The position numbers and the translations under genes are program-made. Below, piece after piece: positions 1 through 8,961 of a stretch of 51,118 nucleotides of DNA. The DNA comes from an uncultured Ruminococcus sp. GTDB lineage: Bacteria > Bacillota > Clostridia > Oscillospirales > Acutalibacteraceae. How positions within the stretch are numbered: position 1 is the stretch's first letter; every line of letters starts with the position of its first letter. Where the stretch lies: contig CACZAW010000001.1 of NCBI GenBank assembly GCA_902779225.1, positions 1 through 51,118 on the forward strand, in the 5' to 3' direction. The notes under the pieces are model-generated. The model ran no database searches. It was not told the DNA's origin and worked only from the letters and a program-made list of their open reading frames with translations.

Positions 1-53
1 ATAGAGCTTGGTGATCAAGCGTCAACGTTGGAAAAAGATTTTTAGGAGAAACT

Positions 54-1244
54 ATGAAAAACACAAAAATCATCCTTGCAGGAGATATGTTCCCGATGCC
101 GTGCAACTATGCGCTGTTCGCCGCGGGCGATACGCAGGCGCTGTTCGGTAAAAAGCTGTGCGATCTGTTCGCATCGGCTGATTTCCGTATCTGTAATCTG
201 GAGGGCTGCTTTACAGACAACGATACGCCCATTGAAAAGATCGGCCCGAACATCAAGGCGCCGACCGAAACTGTTCGCGCTGTCAAGCAGTTGGGGATCG
301 ACGTCGCCACCCTCGGCAATACCCACTCGATGGACTACGGCAGGCAGGGCTTTTACGATACCTGTCAAACGCTGGCTGACAGCGGGATCGACTGGCTGGG
401 ATGGGGCGAAAACGCTTCCTCTGTGAAAAAATACCTCACGCTGACGGACGGCGACAGAAAGATCCTCCTGTATAATGTCACCGAGCAGTTTGAAAACGCC
501 CCGGGCGCGGATGCTCCCGGCGTGCATCTGTATGACGAATATCGCGTATGCCGCGAGTTGAACGAATTAAAAGAGCAGTGCGACTTTTTGATCGTGCTGT
601 ATCACGGCGGCATCGAGGGCTCGCACTACAACAGCGAGATCATGCGGCGCAGGTTCCACCGCATGGCGGATAACGGCGCGGATCTGATCATATCTCAGCA
701 TACGCACGCCGTCGGTGAGGAGGAGCGTTACAACAACGCCTATCTCCTTTACGGACACGGTAATTTTTGCTTCCATTTCCGTCCGGACGTAACGCCGCTG
801 CTGGCAGAGGGCTTGGTGCTGGAGCTCGACATCACGGAAGATGGCTATACCGTAACGCCGCATCGCATTTTGCGCACGGAAAAAGGCTGTGTATATGACG
901 ACGCGCAGGATCTTACCGAATTTTATGCGCGCAGCCGACAGCACGACGCGCTGCTGAAGGGCGATCAAGAGGCGCTGGCGGAATTTGAAAGCAACTTCGG
1001 CAAGGATTGCGCCAAATGGGCGACCGGCTTATTTTCGCTGCTGCGCGGCATCAATCCCGCAGATGACGAAAAGCGCAAATCGCTCAGTCCCGAGGCGTTC
1101 ACGGACTACTTGATCAAATCGTATTCCAGACAGCAGCTTCTCGGGATACAGCTGTTCATGCGCAATGAGGAATTTAATGAAATGGCTAACCAAATCCTCA
1201 GCGACTTGCTGAAAGAACAGGATCACACTGAAAAGGAACTGTGA
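54..1244 (+). CDS. CapA/PgsA-family (poly-gamma-glutamate synthesis-like) metallophosphoesterase
   Basis: Motifs AGD, CNLEG, LGNTHSMDYG, YHGG and SQHTH follow the CapA family pattern; AGGAG RBS upstream. Confidence 0.8.
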   Translation: MKNTKIILAGDMFPMPCNYALFAAGDTQALFGKKLCDLFASADFRICNLEGCFTDNDTPIEKIGPNIKAPTETVRAVKQLGIDVATLGNTHSMDYGRQGFYDTCQTLADSGIDWLGWGENASSVKKYLTLTDGDRKILLYNVTEQFENAPGADAPGVHLYDEYRVCRELNELKEQCDFLIVLYHGGIEGSHYNSEIMRRRFHRMADNGADLIISQHTHAVGEEERYNNAYLLYGHGNFCFHFRPDVTPLLAEGLVLELDITEDGYTVTPHRILRTEKGCVYDDAQDLTEFYARSRQHDALLKGDQEALAEFESNFGKDCAKWATGLFSLLRGINPADDEKRKSLSPEAFTDYLIKSYSRQQLLGIQLFMRNEEFNEMANQILSDLLKEQDHTEKEL

Positions 1245-1270
1245 CCGTTCCATAATATACAGGCGCAATA

Positions 1271-1318
1271 ACGCCCTGCCGGAAAATCACTTTGATTGCT
1301 CCGGCGGGGCGTTTTTTC
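1271..1318 (+). terminator. Rho-independent terminator after the CapA-family gene
   Basis: ACGCCCTGCCGGA...TCCGGCGGGGCGT hairpin followed by a T-run. Confidence 0.75.
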
Positions 1319-1350
1319 TGCCAAAAACAGAATGTATATACAGCGGTATG

Positions 1351-1387
1351 AAAAAGGGCGGCTGCCCGTTTGGATGGGCAGCCGCCT
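1351..1387 (-). terminator. Rho-independent terminator of the giant surface protein gene
   Basis: GGCGGCTGCCC/GGGCAGCCGCC perfect stem with an A-run on its left (U-tract on the minus strand). Confidence 0.8.
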
Positions 1388-1417
1388 ATGAGTTTGTTAA
1401 AAAACTCTGTTGATCAA

Positions 1418-4400
1418 TTATTTATCGTTTTCACGACGTTTTCTCAGAACCAGTACCACAAACATGGAAGCTGCAAGAACAGCCAGAACAGCAAATCCAG
1501 CCGCTAAGTAACCGGTTTTCGGTGCGACGACGTTGTTGATAACAGTCGCGCTGTCCGGTGTTGCTGTGCTGTCATCGGGCTCAGCCGGCGTCGGAGCCTC
1601 GGTAGGCTCGACATCCGTGATGGTCAGGAAGAAGGGCGAGCTCGACTGATCCATGTCAATTTCGAAGTTGCCGGAGGTCGTCATCGTTACGCGATATTTA
1701 CCGGGTTTCTCACCGGGCTCGCGTGTGAACTTGATACCGACGCTCGCCGGATCGATCGGGTTGCCGTTCTCATCCGTGACGGTGTACTGATAGTCGGGAT
1801 CCTTCTCGCCGACCTGCTTTGTCGCGGGTTCGACGTTGACGATGATCTTCTTGGGTTCGATCACGAATTTGCCCGGGTTTGAGGTTTCCTTGTTGATCGT
1901 ATAGTTTCCGCTGTTGACGGTGATCGTTACGGGGTACTCGCCGACGTCTTCGCCCTTGGCTCTGCTGATAACGACGCCGACGCCCGCGGGATCGATCGGA
2001 TTGCCGTCCTGATCGGTGACGGTATACTCGAAGGTCGGATCGGGATCGCCGTACTTCTTGCCGGTGGGCTTGACGGTCACGGTGATCGACTTGGGCATGA
2101 TGGTCAGCGTAGCGCCGGAGGGCTCTTGCTTCTGATCTGCGCCGGTCGGAGCAAGCGAACCGGAATCGCCGACGGTGACGGAATAATCCGGGTTGTCGTC
2201 GTAGAGCGCCGCGATCGCGTATACGCCGACGTTCTCGCCGGTTTCACGGATCAGGGACACGTTGAGCGTATCGCCGTCAAGCAGACCGCTGACGGTGTAG
2301 GTCAGCTCGGGATCCTTGTCGCCGAAGTCCTTGACCTTGGAATCGACGATGATCTTAGCGGGACGCGGCTTGACCTTGACGGTAGCGGGCACAACGGTGA
2401 TATTGTAGTTGCCGTTGGGATCCGCAACGCTTGCGCTCACCTGATAATCTCCGACGTGCGGGAGATTCTCGGGATTGGTGATCATGGTCGAAACGGTTCC
2501 GAGCTCGTCGCCATCCTTGACGCCTGAGATCGTGTAGCTGATATCCGCAGCGCTGAGATCGTCTGCGGTCATCTCGCCGTAAACGACAGAGTCTTTGCAG
2601 GAAACGGTCACAACGGCGTCTGCCTTATTGATGACGAAATTACCGAGAGAAGAACCCTCTGTGTCGATTGCGTAATTGTTGTTTGAAACAGAAGCGGAGA
2701 TCGGGTATTCGCCGACATTATCGCCAGGCGCTCTGGATACGGTCAGACCGATCTCGGTAGGATCGATCGGGTTGCCGTCCTGATCGGTAACGGTGTATTC
2801 AAAGGCGGGATCATCGTCGCCGTAAGTCTTGCTTGCGGGGGTGACGGTCACGATGACCTTCTTGGGCAGGATCGTGAGAGTGCCGTTTTCGGATTTTTCG
2901 GTGTTGATCTTGAAGACCCTATATTTCGTGGATGCAGAGATCGTGTAGTCTCCGACGTCCTGACCGGGCTCTCTGGTGACGGAAAGTCCGACCCATCTGG
3001 GATCGAGCGGCACGCCGTTCTCGTTGGTTACGGTATACTTGAATTCGGGATCGGGATCGCCGTATGTCTTGGTCTGTGACTCGATCTTGACGATGATGGA
3101 ATACGGTACGATCGTGAGCTTGCCGAGTTCGGATTTTTCTTTGTCAAAGACATAATTCTCGTTGTTGATCGCGGCGGCATACGGATACTCGCCGAGTCTT
3201 TCACCTGCTTGTCTTACGATAAACAGACCGACGTCGCTCGCGGTAAGGGGCTTGCCGTTTGCATCTGTGATGGTGTAAACGACTGCGGGATCCCTGGTAC
3301 CGAACGGCTTTTCAGCGGATTCGATCTTGAGTGTGATCGGCATCGGCTTGATCTTCAGCGTTGCTCTCGCGGTCGCAGCCTGATAGCTCGCGTCGCCCGC
3401 GTATGTCGCGATGACGGTGTATGTACCGACGTTGACAGGCGCTGCATAGCTGAGATAGCCTGTGCCGGAGTAGAGATATGTGACGTTGTCGCCCAGGTCG
3501 TGGCCGTCCTCAGCGTATGCCGTCAGCGAATGTCCCTTTCCGTCATAGGTAAAGGTCGCGTCATCCATCGCGATGGTGGTAGGCATACGTCCGATGGTAT
3601 AGATACGGCTGATCGGCGCGGGCAGATAGTTGCCGCCTAACGCATAGATCGTCTCGGTATAGACGCCGGGCTCTCTGATCGGCTCGCCGCTCTCTACGGA
3701 CAGATTGCCGTTATAGGTCGTGCCGATATACAGCGCGCGGACATGGGAAGAATCCGCAAGCTCATCGTTGATGTACATATCGCCGCCGAATTCAAATTCC
3801 TGCGCTTCCTCATAGGTCATGACATTGAGTCTGCCGGGGATCTCATTCTTGAATTTCAGCGTGACGCTTTCTTCTTCTGTGGAGGTCTTGGGAAGGATCG
3901 TCAGATAGCCGACGTCTCCCGCAAGGCGGTAATTGAGATCTGTGGAAACAGCGCCGACCAGATAGAGGCCTGCGTTCTTAGGAGGATTGCCGAGGGTGAT
4001 CTTTGCGTTGACATCCAAGCCGGGCAATCCGGAAATAAAGTCAAATACGCCCTGGAAGGATTCGATATTGATACCGGCTGCAGAGAGCGCCGCGGAAATC
4101 ACGGGGTTCTGTACCGTAGAGATCAGGTTATCGACGATATCCTTGAAACCGTTGAGCGTTACGCCGTCGCCGATCTGATCAACAAGAAGTTGGTAGATGT
4201 CAAGCACGACTACGCCGGCGATCTTGATCTGCAGCCTCTCCTTGGTGCTCTCGGGGATATCAATGCTGATAAAGCCGGCTGCGTCGCCGTCGATACCGCC
4301 GATGATGCGGATATAGTCGAGATCGGCGGGGTCGGTATTGATCTGAAGCGCGGGCTCCTCACCGTAGGTGATGGTCTCGCTCTTGACGTCGATCGAAGAG

Positions 4401-7400
4401 TCAGCCTGGCGCACATACACGCCGATCGTACCCTTGGAAGCGGCATAGGTATCGTTGCCGCCGTAGCTCACGGTAACCTCCTGATTGCTCAGAAGTGTGT
4501 CGAGAGAGATATCCAGTGACTCGGGATCGATGGTGATATCGTCCGCCGTGAATTCAACGGATTTGCCGTCTGAGCCGTTGACGGAGATCGCCTCGATGAC
4601 GGCGGCCTTCAGATCGTCGCCGTAGGTGATGATGATGTTGGTGCTGTTGATCGTCGTCGGGATGCGCTGATCAGTAACGGTCGCGGTAGCGGTCGCCTGC
4701 AGCGTGATATCGAGCGAGGGGATCGTATAGGTGACGCGCACCTTTTCGGTGTTGCCTTCCCGGAGCGTACCGCCCAGAGTAGAGGTACCGAAAGCATGGG
4801 TCAAAAGGCTGGTGTAATCCAGCGCCGAATAGTATTCAATGCTGAGAAGCGATCCGGATACAAATTCCACCTTGACTTCGGCGTCATCCGCCAGCTGTGC
4901 GGGAACGATCGTCGCACTGTTGATGATCGCGCTCTCGATCGCTTCAAAGTTGCCGTTTTTGATGTCGACAATATTGACGTCACAGTCCGCAAGCGTCAGC
5001 GTCGCCTGGGAGAAGGTCACCGTGACAGCGTATGCTTCGCCGTCGGCAACGGGACCGTATTCGCCGTTAGCGTCAGCTGTGATCTCTGTGCCGTTCTTGG
5101 TGACGATCACGGAATCGACAAAATAGTTATTATCGCTCTCGGGGGTAGCGGTTACCTTAAAGGTGTTGCCTGCGGGGACCTTATCTACGACAGCCTCGCC
5201 GCCGGAGGTGACGGCGACCTCGCCGCCCTCGTTGGAGGAAACGGTGATCGTCGCAAAGGTGTTCTGGATATAAACCGCGCTGATGGTATCGGGTGTGTCT
5301 GCGTCGGGAGTAAAGGGGATGCCGTCGTCGGCGCCCGAAATGGAGTAGACAAATTCGTCGACATCTTTTGCGGTGACGGTGTACTGTGTATCGGTGTACA
5401 GCTTCTGAGAGCCGGTGACCGCAGTGTCGTTGAGCTTGATCTCGCCGTCCTCACAGCCGGTGACGGTAAAGTCAACAGAAGCGTAGGTTCTGACGGTCAG
5501 GTAATGTGCCTCTGTCGGATTTGACGTTGAGCCTTTGTATACGATATATCTGCCTGCCGGAACAGAATAGGTATTCAAAATGATCGTTGTCGTGTTGGTG
5601 GGATCGTCAGCCGGCGCGATCGAGTAGGTCGACAACGACAGCGCGCTGTCGCCGAAGAAACCGGTTATATCCGTTCTATTAATAGTGGCGGATTTGACAT
5701 CGCGCTCGATCTTGATGTCGTTCGCGGGATCCGACGGCTTGAAGGTAACGTTGATCACATACGCTTCGCCGTCGGCTACGGGGCCATACGCGCCCTCGTT
5801 CGCCTCGACCGCTGCGCCGTTCTTAGTGACAGTGATCGCGTCTAATTCATACAGCAAGTTCGGGGTAGCGTTCACCGTGAAGGTGTCGCCCGCCATGATC
5901 TTTTCCGTGACCTCGTCACCGAGGCTGCTGACGGTCGCCTGACCGCCTTCGCCGACTGTCAGGGTAAAGGTCGCGTATTCATCCTTGGAATAGGATGCTG
6001 TGATCGTAGCGGGTGTATCTGCGGTGGGCTTGAATGCAACGCCGTCCTCCGCGCCGGTGATCTCATACTCATAATCGGTAACCGCCTTTGCGGTGACGGT
6101 GTACTGTGTATCGGTATACAGGTTCTTTGTACCGGTGACCGCCTCGCCGTTGAGATAGATCTCGCCGTCGTTGCAACCGGTAACTTCAAAGTTGACGGAT
6201 GCGTAGGTTCTGACGGTCAGGTAGTATGCCGCGGTCGGATTTGACGTTGAGCCTTTGTATATGATATATCTGCCAGCCGTAACATCGTAGCTGTTCGCAA
6301 CGAGCGTTGTCGTGTTGGTAGGATCGTCAGCCGGCGCGATTGAATAGGTCGCTAATGACAGTATGCCGTCGCCGAAGAAACCACGCACATCTCCCCTATC
6401 GACTGTCGCGTTCTTTACGTCGAGCTCGGTCTGGATATCATTCGAAGGATCCGACGACTTGAAGGTAACGTTGATCGTATATTCCTCTCCGTCGGCTACG
6501 GGGCCGTATGCACCCTCGTTCGCTTCGACCGCTGCGCCGTTCTTAGTGACGGTGATCGCGTCTAATTCATACAGCAAGTTCGGGGTAGCGTTCACCGTGA
6601 AGGTGTCGCCCGCCATGATCTTTTCCGTGACCTCGTCGCCGAGGCTGCTGACGGTCGCCTGACCGCCCTCGCCGACTGTCAGGGTGAAGGTCGCGTATTC
6701 ATCCTTGGAATAGGATGCTGTGATCGTAGCAGGTGTGTCGGCGTCGGGGGTGAAGGCAACGCCGTCCTCTGCGCCGGTGATCTCATACTCATAATCGGTA
6801 ACCGTCTTTGCGGTGACGGTGTACTGTGTATCGGTATACAGCTTCTTTGAGCCGCTGACCGCAGTACCGTTGAGCATGATCTCGCCGTCCTCACAGCCGG
6901 TGACGGTAAAGTTAACGTCAGTGTAGGTTCTGACGGTCAGGTATGCAGCGGTACCGGCGGACCATACCGGCGTCTGATTAAAGAGACCGCCGGTCGTCTC
7001 AGTTGTTCTGTAAACAATGTATCTGCCTGCGGAAACAGGTTGGCTTGACAGTGCGCCGACCGTTGTGATGTTATCGGGATCGTCTGCAGGCGCAATACCA
7101 AAGGTCGCTGTAGACAGGATGTTGTCGTCGAAGAATCCGAGCATATCCAACCTGCTGACGGTCGCGGACTTCAGGTCGCGATCGATCTTAATGTCGTCCG
7201 CGGGATCTGGATCAGCGAATGTGACCGTGACCTTGTATGTTTCGCCGTTTGCAACGGGACCGTACTCACCCTCGTTCGCCTCGACAGCTTCGCCGTTCTT
7301 GGTGACGGTGATCGCGTCAAGCTCATGCAGCATAGCAGGCTTGGCTGTTACCTTAAAGGTCTTGCCCTCGGCGATCGTATCGTTTACAGGCGCGCCGTCG

Positions 7401-8458
7401 GATGTGATCTCCGCCTCGCCGCCTTCGCCTACCTCAAGCACAACCGTTGCATAGGCATTCAGCACGGCAGAATAGACAGCGCTGATCGACATATTTTCGG
7501 TCGGGGTAAACGCGTCGTCTTCCACTGCGCCGGTCAACGTATAGGTATAACCCTCGACGTTTTTTACGGTGACGGTATACTCCTCGTCGGTATAGACTCT
7601 CTTTGAGTCGCTGACCGCCTCACCGTTGAGTTTGATCGCGCCGTCGTCACAGCCGCTGACCGAGAAGGTCGCGGTGTAGTACAGCTTGATCGTCACATTC
7701 AGCGAAGAAATCTTATCCGCCTGTGTCCAGTCCGGCTTACGATTAAAGAGGCTGCCGGTATATGCTGTCGTTTTATAGGCGATATAGGCGCCCGGAGCTT
7801 CAACGCTATACGATGACGATACATAAGAAATATCGTCGGTTGAAGTAGCAGAAGCCGGTGCGATACCATAATAGATGCCGCTCAGCACCGAAGTACTGTC
7901 GCCGAATAAGTTGGCGAGGTTTGTGCGGGTCACGTTCGGGCTTGATGCGGAGATCTCCAGCACCTCGTCGCCACCCGTCGCCGCAAGCTCGGCAGACTTT
8001 TTCTTAGGTGTTGCCGCCTGTGTGGGCTTTTCTGCAGGAGCAGCGGATGCGTTGTTCTTGACAGCGTTATCGGCGCTCTGCTCGGGTGTGTCGCCCTCTT
8101 GCTGATCCGACGGAGCGCTGTTCTCTTCAACGTCATCGGGGATCTGCTCGGGTGTGTCGCCCTCTTGTGTATCGGATGGAGCGCCGTCCTCCTCAGCCGG
8201 ATTATCCGGGTCGGGGTCAGGCTGCTCTGCCGTCGTCGATTCCTCTTCCTCGACGACAGTTTCATCCTGCGTGTTGTCGCCGGGATCGGGATCGATCTCG
8301 GTTGGTTCGTCGGTCGGTGTCGTTTCGATGGTCTGCTCGGGCTCCTGTACGTCGCTGCCATTATCCATCGCGCCCGCAACGGGGATATGGATCATCGACA
8401 GACAGAGTACAACCACGATCGCCATGGAAAGCACGCGATTCCACTTTGTGATCTTCAT
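1418..8458 (-). CDS. Giant (2346 aa) sortase-anchored cell-surface repeat protein / putative adhesin with beta-sandwich repeats and MBG-like stalk repeats
   Basis: Signal peptide, acidic low-complexity N-terminus, ~240-aa tandem units and ~80-aa KxYGDxDPxFxYTVTD repeats. C-terminal APKTG is followed by a hydrophobic helix and an RKRR tail. GGAGGAG RBS. Confidence 0.85.
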   Translation of the reverse strand: MKITKWNRVLSMAIVVVLCLSMIHIPVAGAMDNGSDVQEPEQTIETTPTDEPTEIDPDPGDNTQDETVVEEEESTTAEQPDPDPDNPAEEDGAPSDTQEGDTPEQIPDDVEENSAPSDQQEGDTPEQSADNAVKNNASAAPAEKPTQAATPKKKSAELAATGGDEVLEISASSPNVTRTNLANLFGDSTSVLSGIYYGIAPASATSTDDISYVSSSYSVEAPGAYIAYKTTAYTGSLFNRKPDWTQADKISSLNVTIKLYYTATFSVSGCDDGAIKLNGEAVSDSKRVYTDEEYTVTVKNVEGYTYTLTGAVEDDAFTPTENMSISAVYSAVLNAYATVVLEVGEGGEAEITSDGAPVNDTIAEGKTFKVTAKPAMLHELDAITVTKNGEAVEANEGEYGPVANGETYKVTVTFADPDPADDIKIDRDLKSATVSRLDMLGFFDDNILSTATFGIAPADDPDNITTVGALSSQPVSAGRYIVYRTTETTGGLFNQTPVWSAGTAAYLTVRTYTDVNFTVTGCEDGEIMLNGTAVSGSKKLYTDTQYTVTAKTVTDYEYEITGAEDGVAFTPDADTPATITASYSKDEYATFTLTVGEGGQATVSSLGDEVTEKIMAGDTFTVNATPNLLYELDAITVTKNGAAVEANEGAYGPVADGEEYTINVTFKSSDPSNDIQTELDVKNATVDRGDVRGFFGDGILSLATYSIAPADDPTNTTTLVANSYDVTAGRYIIYKGSTSNPTAAYYLTVRTYASVNFEVTGCNDGEIYLNGEAVTGTKNLYTDTQYTVTAKAVTDYEYEITGAEDGVAFKPTADTPATITASYSKDEYATFTLTVGEGGQATVSSLGDEVTEKIMAGDTFTVNATPNLLYELDAITVTKNGAAVEANEGAYGPVADGEAYVINVTFKPSDPANDIKIERDVKSATINRTDITGFFGDSALSLSTYSIAPADDPTNTTTIILNTYSVPAGRYIVYKGSTSNPTEAHYLTVRTYASVDFTVTGCEDGEIKLNDTAVTGSQKLYTDTQYTVTAKDVDEFVYSISGADDGIPFTPDADTPDTISAVYIQNTFATITVSSNEGGEVAVTSGGEAVVDKVPAGNTFKVTATPESDNNYFVDSVIVTKNGTEITADANGEYGPVADGEAYAVTVTFSQATLTLADCDVNIVDIKNGNFEAIESAIINSATIVPAQLADDAEVKVEFVSGSLLSIEYYSALDYTSLLTHAFGTSTLGGTLREGNTEKVRVTYTIPSLDITLQATATATVTDQRIPTTINSTNIIITYGDDLKAAVIEAISVNGSDGKSVEFTADDITIDPESLDISLDTLLSNQEVTVSYGGNDTYAASKGTIGVYVRQADSSIDVKSETITYGEEPALQINTDPADLDYIRIIGGIDGDAAGFISIDIPESTKERLQIKIAGVVVLDIYQLLVDQIGDGVTLNGFKDIVDNLISTVQNPVISAALSAAGINIESFQGVFDFISGLPGLDVNAKITLGNPPKNAGLYLVGAVSTDLNYRLAGDVGYLTILPKTSTEEESVTLKFKNEIPGRLNVMTYEEAQEFEFGGDMYINDELADSSHVRALYIGTTYNGNLSVESGEPIREPGVYTETIYALGGNYLPAPISRIYTIGRMPTTIAMDDATFTYDGKGHSLTAYAEDGHDLGDNVTYLYSGTGYLSYAAPVNVGTYTVIATYAGDASYQAATARATLKIKPMPITLKIESAEKPFGTRDPAVVYTITDANGKPLTASDVGLFIVRQAGERLGEYPYAAAINNENYVFDKEKSELGKLTIVPYSIIVKIESQTKTYGDPDPEFKYTVTNENGVPLDPRWVGLSVTREPGQDVGDYTISASTKYRVFKINTEKSENGTLTILPKKVIVTVTPASKTYGDDDPAFEYTVTDQDGNPIDPTEIGLTVSRAPGDNVGEYPISASVSNNNYAIDTEGSSLGNFVINKADAVVTVSCKDSVVYGEMTADDLSAADISYTISGVKDGDELGTVSTMITNPENLPHVGDYQVSASVADPNGNYNITVVPATVKVKPRPAKIIVDSKVKDFGDKDPELTYTVSGLLDGDTLNVSLIRETGENVGVYAIAALYDDNPDYSVTVGDSGSLAPTGADQKQEPSGATLTIMPKSITVTVKPTGKKYGDPDPTFEYTVTDQDGNPIDPAGVGVVISRAKGEDVGEYPVTITVNSGNYTINKETSNPGKFVIEPKKIIVNVEPATKQVGEKDPDYQYTVTDENGNPIDPASVGIKFTREPGEKPGKYRVTMTTSGNFEIDMDQSSSPFFLTITDVEPTEAPTPAEPDDSTATPDSATVINNVVAPKTGYLAAGFAVLAVLAASMFVVLVLRKRRENDK
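5371..6920. repeat. Intragenic tandem duplication, 720-bp period
   Basis: CGGTGACGGTGTACTGTGTATCGGT recurs at 5371, 6091 and 6811; ~5740-6120 and ~6460-6840 are nearly identical at the DNA level. Confidence 0.9.
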
Positions 8459-8493
8459 GTGGGTCTCTCCTCCATTTTAGAATTCCTGAAGCT

Positions 8494-8550
8494 AAAAAAA
8501 ATAACGGCAAATGTCCTGTGAACAATTTTAAGATTCAAGGACATTTGCCG
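8494..8550 (-). terminator. Terminator-like hairpin in the 5' leader of the giant surface protein gene (possible attenuator)
   Basis: Perfect 13-bp stem CGGCAAATGTCCT/AGGACATTTGCCG followed on the minus strand by TTATTTTTTTT, between the putative promoter and the RBS. Confidence 0.7.
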
Positions 8551-8587
8551 AAAACCACATATGGAGTATTCGCTATGATTATATAAA

Positions 8588-8615
8588 ATTTTACCACGAT
8601 ATATTGCTAAGTCAA
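8588..8615 (-). promoter_or_regulatory. Putative sigma-A promoter of the giant surface protein gene
   Basis: Minus strand TTGACT-16nt-TAAAAT with a TGn extended -10. Confidence 0.5.
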
Positions 8616-8876
8616 TACAAAAACGCAATAATTATTACAAAATCGAATTTTTATGTGTTATATATTTAACAACCATTTTTCAGCCATTTTCCCGCTTTTT
8701 ATCCCCTTTTTTGCGGTGATCCGAGGCTGTTTTTCGAATGCGTTTTTCCGCCTCTTTTCGGGGATAGATCCGATAGGTCGTTTTGACCGTCTGCAGCTGT
8801 GTATTTTCATTAAAAATTCAGAAGCAAAACCATTTGAAAGTGTGAAGACTCTTCACTCAATGGCACTTCCAAGTAG

Positions 8877-8907
8877 AAAAAAACATGACCGCCGAAGCGG
8901 TCATGTC
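8877..8907 (-). terminator. Terminator after the 693-aa secreted protein gene
   Basis: ACATGACCGC-CGAA-GCGGTCATGT stem with an adjacent A-run (U-tract on the minus strand). Confidence 0.75.
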
Positions 8908-8961
8908 ATAATTCATTCAATCAGCAGAACCGGTGTTCAGTCCCGGATTTTTTGTTTTGGA

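Noticed and set aside
54-1244. CapA gene as evidence of a polyglutamate capsule locus
   Set aside because: No capB/capC is visible, the protein has no TM anchor, stand-alone CapA-family genes are common, and the upstream context lies outside the window.
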